DNA from: Sorangium cellulosum
GTDB lineage: Bacteria; Myxococcota_A; Polyangia; Polyangiales; Polyangiaceae
Assembly (NCBI GenBank): GCA_020720045.1
Contig: DYPH01000046.1
Coordinates: forward strand, 1-40,090
Length of the DNA stretch: 40,090 nt
Direction of reading: 5' to 3'
Of this stretch, positions 36,465-40,090 are shown piece by piece. Numbering within the stretch: position 1 is the first letter of the stretch; each line of letters starts with the position of its first letter. Made by a program: the position numbers and the translations under genes. The notes below the pieces were generated by a model that saw only the letters and a list, made by a program, of their open reading frames with translations, was not told the origin of the DNA and made no database searches.

Positions 36465-37313
36465 ATGGCACGCATCCTCCTCGCGCTCGCAACGACGGAT
36501 TTTGACCCGACCGAAGCAGCGATTCCGTGGCGCATCCTCACGCAAGCGGGGCACGAAGTGCTCCTGGCGACAGCGGGCGGCGTACGGGCGACTCCGGATT
36601 CGTTGATGCTTACCGGGGAAGGGCTCGACCTGTGGGGAGCAATACCCGGTTTGAAAAAGGCGACAATTGTCGGCGCCGTACTGCGCGCAAATGCCGAGGC
36701 TCGAGCGGCCTTTTCCGCCATGGCGGCATGCCAGAGTTATCAAACGCCAATCCCGTTCGCAGACCTCGCCGCCGATGCATGGGATGGGCTCATCCTGCCG
36801 GGTGGGCATCGGTCGGCGGGAATCCGCCCCTACCTCGAAGACAAAGCACTTCGAGCGTTTGTCTTAGGAATGTTCACCGCCGAGAAGCCAGTCGGCGCGA
36901 TCTGCCACGGGGTGGTCGTCGCCGCGCGAGCGCGACGCGCCGATGGCCGGTCGGTGCTGTACGGTCGCAAGACCACCGGACTGACCTGGCGGCAAGAGAA
37001 CCTTGCGAATCAAATCGCGAACATTACGCGATTCTGGGACAGAAACTATTACCGAACCTACATCGAGGAGGCTGGCGAGCCTCCGGGGTTTCGGAGCGTT
37101 GAGTCGGAAGTCCGGCGCGCGCTCGCCTCCCCCAACGATTTTCTGGACGTCGCACGCGACGACGGCGACTTCCGTCGCAAAACCGATGGAATGCATCGAG
37201 ATAGCGACGATGACAACCGGCCCGCCTTCGTCGTCCGCGATGGGAACTACGTCTCGGCACGATGGCCCGGCGACGCATTTACGTTTGCGAAGGCGTTCGC
37301 GAGTCTCCTTTGA
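36465..37313 (+). CDS. DJ-1/PfpI family protein (class I glutamine amidotransferase-like fold)
   Basis: ORF 36429..37313 (TTG). First ATG 36465 (MARILLALATTDFDPTE). The nucleophile elbow AICHG is present. Confidence 0.8.
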   Translation: MARILLALATTDFDPTEAAIPWRILTQAGHEVLLATAGGVRATPDSLMLTGEGLDLWGAIPGLKKATIVGAVLRANAEARAAFSAMAACQSYQTPIPFADLAADAWDGLILPGGHRSAGIRPYLEDKALRAFVLGMFTAEKPVGAICHGVVVAARARRADGRSVLYGRKTTGLTWRQENLANQIANITRFWDRNYYRTYIEEAGEPPGFRSVESEVRRALASPNDFLDVARDDGDFRRKTDGMHRDSDDDNRPAFVVRDGNYVSARWPGDAFTFAKAFASLL

Positions 37314-37315
37314 CG

Positions 37316-37846
37316 TCAGGGTGACGGGAGAGGATAGCGATACACGTCAGCCGTACTGCCGAAGAGCTCGATCGTCTTCTCAAAGCAAGCACCGAGCGCC
37401 GTGGCGACCCGAATCGAGGCGCTATTGTCGCGCCGAATGAAGCTTGCGAGCCCAGTTTTCTGGGTGTGAAGACGCGTGGCGAGCTGGCGATTCCCGTGGG
37501 CAAGTACGGCACGCGCCCCTTCGGAAGCGTAGCCATGACCGCGAGCGGCGGTAGTCAAAGCGTAGGAAATTTCGGGACATTCCCAGCCTTCCGGCTCCCA
37601 GAGCCCCATCCTGCCGAGGAAGACGCCGGACGCCCGGTCCTCCACGGCCCAAAGGCCGAAACCGCGAATTTCCCAATGGCCTATCATGGCCGCGACGGCC
37701 CGCCACGCGATGGCGCGCGTTTGTGGAGTCCCGTCGCCAAGAAAGCGCATCGTTTCCGGATCACGCTGCATAGCGATCATCGGCTCTACGTGCTGGGCAG
37801 CGAGCGGAACGAGACGAAGGCGCGCCGTGTCTAGTGTCGGCTTCAA
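37316..37846 (-). CDS. GNAT family N-acetyltransferase (RimJ/RimL-like)
   Basis: C-terminal 176 aa of ORF 37316..38203. The upstream part of that ORF is an Arg/Pro-rich non-protein-like stretch with no in-frame ATG. A TTG preceded by GGAAGGA overlaps the stop of the upstream gene (TTGA). GNAT motifs (LRLVPL..., FLGRMGL, ARGHGYASEGARAVLAH) are present. Confidence 0.65.
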   Translation of the reverse strand: MKPTLDTARLRLVPLAAQHVEPMIAMQRDPETMRFLGDGTPQTRAIAWRAVAAMIGHWEIRGFGLWAVEDRASGVFLGRMGLWEPEGWECPEISYALTTAARGHGYASEGARAVLAHGNRQLATRLHTQKTGLASFIRRDNSASIRVATALGACFEKTIELFGSTADVYRYPLPSP

Positions 37847-38103
37847 TCGTCCTTCCCCTTCTTTCCGAACCAGCGCGCGACGGAGAAAAGGACGACCGCA
37901 CCGAAGACGCTCCCGATCCACCCGGCGGTCCCGCCGTGGGCGGAGGTGCCACGGAGGAGGTCCCCAACGAAGCCGCCTACGAACGACCCACCGATGCCGA
38001 GCAGGCTCGTTTTCACGAACCCCATCTTCTGATCGCCGGGGAGGAGGGCGCGGGCGATGAGGCCGACGAAGAACCCGAAGACGACGAAGCCGATGAGGTG
38101 CAT
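37843..38103 (-). CDS. GlsB/YeaQ/YmgE family small membrane protein (transglycosylase-associated protein), 86 aa
   Basis: Start at MHLIGFVVFGFFVGLIARALLPG with AGGGGAAAGG Shine-Dalgarno upstream. The Gly-rich TM pattern GIGGSFVGGFVGDLL is present. Confidence 0.75.
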   Translation of the reverse strand: MHLIGFVVFGFFVGLIARALLPGDQKMGFVKTSLLGIGGSFVGGFVGDLLRGTSAHGGTAGWIGSVFGAVVLFSVARWFGKKGKDD

Positions 38104-38274
38104 GGGCCTTTCCCCTAAGACGCGATTGGCGAAACGGAAGCGCCCTTGCGCCGATTCTTGGCTGAGTCGCATTGAGCCATAATGAGCCATGACGAGCCGT
38201 CAAGTCTCAAGAACACGCGGGATCCTCACATTTAAAAGAGAATTCGATGGCACGCGGCTCGCTAAGCACCTCGT

Positions 38275-38928
38275 ATGCGATTCACCGCCCTCCTCGCCGC
38301 CCTCGCCTTCGCCCCCCTCCTCGCCTGCGCCGACGACGCCACGACGACGGCCTCCCCCACGCCTTCCCCGACCGGCTCATCGACCACCACGCCGGAAACG
38401 CCGCCCGCGAAACCGAAACTCTCGGACGCCGATCGCGCCCTTGCCAAAGAGCAGCTCTCGGCGAAGTGGCTGGGCACCTTTGTGGGGACGCGCACGATGC
38501 CGGGGACCGACGGGGGCAACGTCGAAGTGCCGGTCGAACTCGTCGTCGAAATCGATAAAGATCTTCCTGTGATCCGGTGCGGAAATACCAACTCCGACCT
38601 TCGATGCATCGATGTCGCGACCGCGGTGCTTCCCCTCCGCGCGACGCTCAGTTACCCGAACCAGGATCGCGGCTCGGAAGTGCTCTTCGGTCGCGCCGCA
38701 TTGCTCTTTGCCCTTATCGGCGGTGGAAGCTCCAACACGGACGGCGTGCCGAGCTTTCGAGACGGGGGCTACACGAGTGGAAGTGTGATGAGCGAAGAAG
38801 CGGGATTCACCATTGATGGAGTCGAGTGGCCTGCGACCGCCACCGCCTCCGGAACCGGCGTCGAAACCGTCGTCAAGAACCCGGATAACGCGAGCTTCAA
38901 GTTGGTCCTCCGTCGCTCCGCGAAGTGA
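38275..38928 (+). CDS. Hypothetical lipoprotein (217 aa)
   Basis: Signal peptide plus lipobox (PLLAC). Thr/Pro-rich linker. No identifiable domain. Confidence 0.6.
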   Translation: MRFTALLAALAFAPLLACADDATTTASPTPSPTGSSTTTPETPPAKPKLSDADRALAKEQLSAKWLGTFVGTRTMPGTDGGNVEVPVELVVEIDKDLPVIRCGNTNSDLRCIDVATAVLPLRATLSYPNQDRGSEVLFGRAALLFALIGGGSSNTDGVPSFRDGGYTSGSVMSEEAGFTIDGVEWPATATASGTGVETVVKNPDNASFKLVLRRSAK

Positions 38929-38966
38929 GCGTGTGCGGCGTCGGCGTTCCAGGCTAAGGTGGCGGC

Positions 38967-40031
38967 ATGGCCCGATCGCCTTCCCGACACCAGCGCCCAC
39001 GTCTCCTCCTGCTCGCCGCCTTCGTCAGCGGTCAAGCGCTGGTCGGTTGCCCCTGCGTCCGAAACTCGGTGAACGACAGCGAAGAGACGCGCTGGTACCT
39101 CTTCTCGAGGGTTGCCGTCCAGCATATCTGCCCGGAACTCTTGAATACCGGCGCGCCTCTCGCCGTCCCGGTGGCCGGCCCGAGCAGCGTCGGGCGCTTC
39201 TTCCCGAGTCAGTGCAATGTGCACGTCGATGAGGGGAACAAGGTCATTGTGGTGAACCTCGCAGGGACCGGCTACGCGTCACTCCCCGCGGTTCGGCGCG
39301 TCGGGTTCTACGCCAGTATGTCGGTCGAGTATCGCCCGGACTTCCACCTCTTCAGCGACTCGATCTACGTCTGGGGGCGCTTCTCCCGGAACGTCTCCCC
39401 GCCAAATATCCAGCTCCTCGGGACCGAGAACGCTGCCGTCGGTATCGCCTACCAGACCCCCTTTGGCTCGGTCGCAGACCTGATCGGGAACGGGATTTTT
39501 CAATCCTCTATCGGGCGCGGCTTCACGGTGGTCCGGCAAGGGGATGGCGACGACTTCGCTCTCGACATTCTGAATCCTCCGGCAAAACCAGTACGGCAGT
39601 TCAATCCAGGAGATGGCGCGAAGTTGCTCGCCTCCGATCGCACGGAAGTTCCGCCGGCCGCGCGTCAATATTTGGGGCCTTACACGGTACCGGGGAATGG
39701 TCAGAGGCTTACCTTTCAATACCGTCTCGAAGGGGCTCCTCTTTCTTGGTACCTCGTCGATCGTGAGAACGGGAATGACTGGGTTCAGAACTACGAGTCC
39801 GGTCGCGCCCTGAGTGGCCCTCGGGGGCCAATTCTCGCTTCGGGGCAGCTCGCCGTCGGGCCTGGGGCGCTGCCGATTCCGGTCCCCCGCGGTTCCTACA
39901 TGCTCGTCGTCGAAAATTCGGCGGCTGCGCCCCTCCTCCCGATGTCGGTACCGCTGCCGCTGCCATTGCCGGGGGTTGCCGGCAGCACGAGCGCCACGTT
40001 GAGCTACACAACCGCCGTGGCCGATCGCTGA
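38967..40031 (+). CDS. Hypothetical lipoprotein (354 aa)
   Basis: AAGGTGG Shine-Dalgarno 6 nt upstream of the ATG. Signal peptide plus lipobox (ALVGC). No identifiable domain. Confidence 0.65.
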   Translation: MARSPSRHQRPRLLLLAAFVSGQALVGCPCVRNSVNDSEETRWYLFSRVAVQHICPELLNTGAPLAVPVAGPSSVGRFFPSQCNVHVDEGNKVIVVNLAGTGYASLPAVRRVGFYASMSVEYRPDFHLFSDSIYVWGRFSRNVSPPNIQLLGTENAAVGIAYQTPFGSVADLIGNGIFQSSIGRGFTVVRQGDGDDFALDILNPPAKPVRQFNPGDGAKLLASDRTEVPPAARQYLGPYTVPGNGQRLTFQYRLEGAPLSWYLVDRENGNDWVQNYESGRALSGPRGPILASGQLAVGPGALPIPVPRGSYMLVVENSAAAPLLPMSVPLPLPLPGVAGSTSATLSYTTAVADR

Positions 40032-40060
40032 AGAACGCTAGACCGCCCGTGGGTTGCATC

Positions 40061-40084
40061 GATCCGCCGCGTTGACGGCGGATC
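40061..40084 (+). terminator. GC-rich hairpin after the last lipoprotein gene (9-bp stem gatccgccg/cggcggatc, 6-nt loop); possible terminator
   Basis: Read directly from the sequence. There is no clear U-tract (followed by caactt), so confidence is low. Confidence 0.35.
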
Positions 40085-40090
40085 CAACTT

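Noticed and set aside
1-40090. Scan for tRNA/rRNA genes, CRISPR repeats, IS elements/transposase or integrase genes, toxin-antitoxin pairs
   Set aside because: No T-loop-like GGTTCGAATCC motifs, no regularly spaced direct repeats and no transposase or integrase signatures were seen by eye. Infernal/tRNAscan/CRISPR tools would be needed to be definitive.

Overview
This 40-kb window is about 68-70% GC and is densely packed with genes that resemble myxobacterial (Myxococcota) proteins. The taxonomic guess is an inference from gene content, not a search result. I found no rRNA, tRNA, CRISPR array, IS element or integrase by eye. All domain calls come from motif reading, not database searches, and hand-derived start positions may be off by 1-3 nt.

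Gene content from left to right:
1. A 1300-aa Hanks Ser/Thr kinase fused to a P-loop STAND/AAA_16 NTPase and a TPR-like C-terminus (PknK-like), on the minus strand.
2. Divergent from it, a three-gene cassette on the plus strand whose junctions are ATGA-coupled: an ECF sigma factor, a zinc-finger (HxxxCxxC) single-pass anti-sigma factor, and an exported protein that combines an STN-like domain, a bactofilin-like beta-helix and a C-terminal 4-helix membrane anchor.
3. A MaoC-like double-hotdog dehydratase co-transcribed (ATGA overlap) with an unassignable 600-aa protein, divergent from argS.
4. A small 10-Cys lipoprotein, a mono-haem c-type cytochrome lipoprotein, and a large lipoprotein with four 6-Cys repeats and a C-terminal FGE/SUMF1-like domain.
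5. lon, an M20 amidohydrolase, and two membrane proteins with bacterial PH-like domains.
6. A roughly 13.7-kb co-oriented respiratory supercluster, actABCDEF - hypothetical - sco - coxBACD (alternative complex III plus a caa3-type cytochrome c oxidase), closed by an intrinsic terminator.
7. A flotillin-like SPFH protein, a DJ-1/PfpI protein, a GNAT acetyltransferase, a YeaQ/YmgE-family small membrane protein, and two hypothetical lipoproteins.

The most unusual items are:
- the ECF sigma / anti-sigma / STN-bactofilin-membrane cassette next to the kinase-STAND gene;
- a 26-bp tandem duplication at the kinase 5' end that creates a 9-codon uORF duplicating the kinase N-terminus;
- recurrent His/Asp-rich tails on four different ACIII and oxidase membrane subunits;
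- a Gly/Ala-rich insertion in the CuA ligand loop of CoxB;
- perfect palindromes upstream of actA.

I see no clearly new multi-gene system beyond these candidates.
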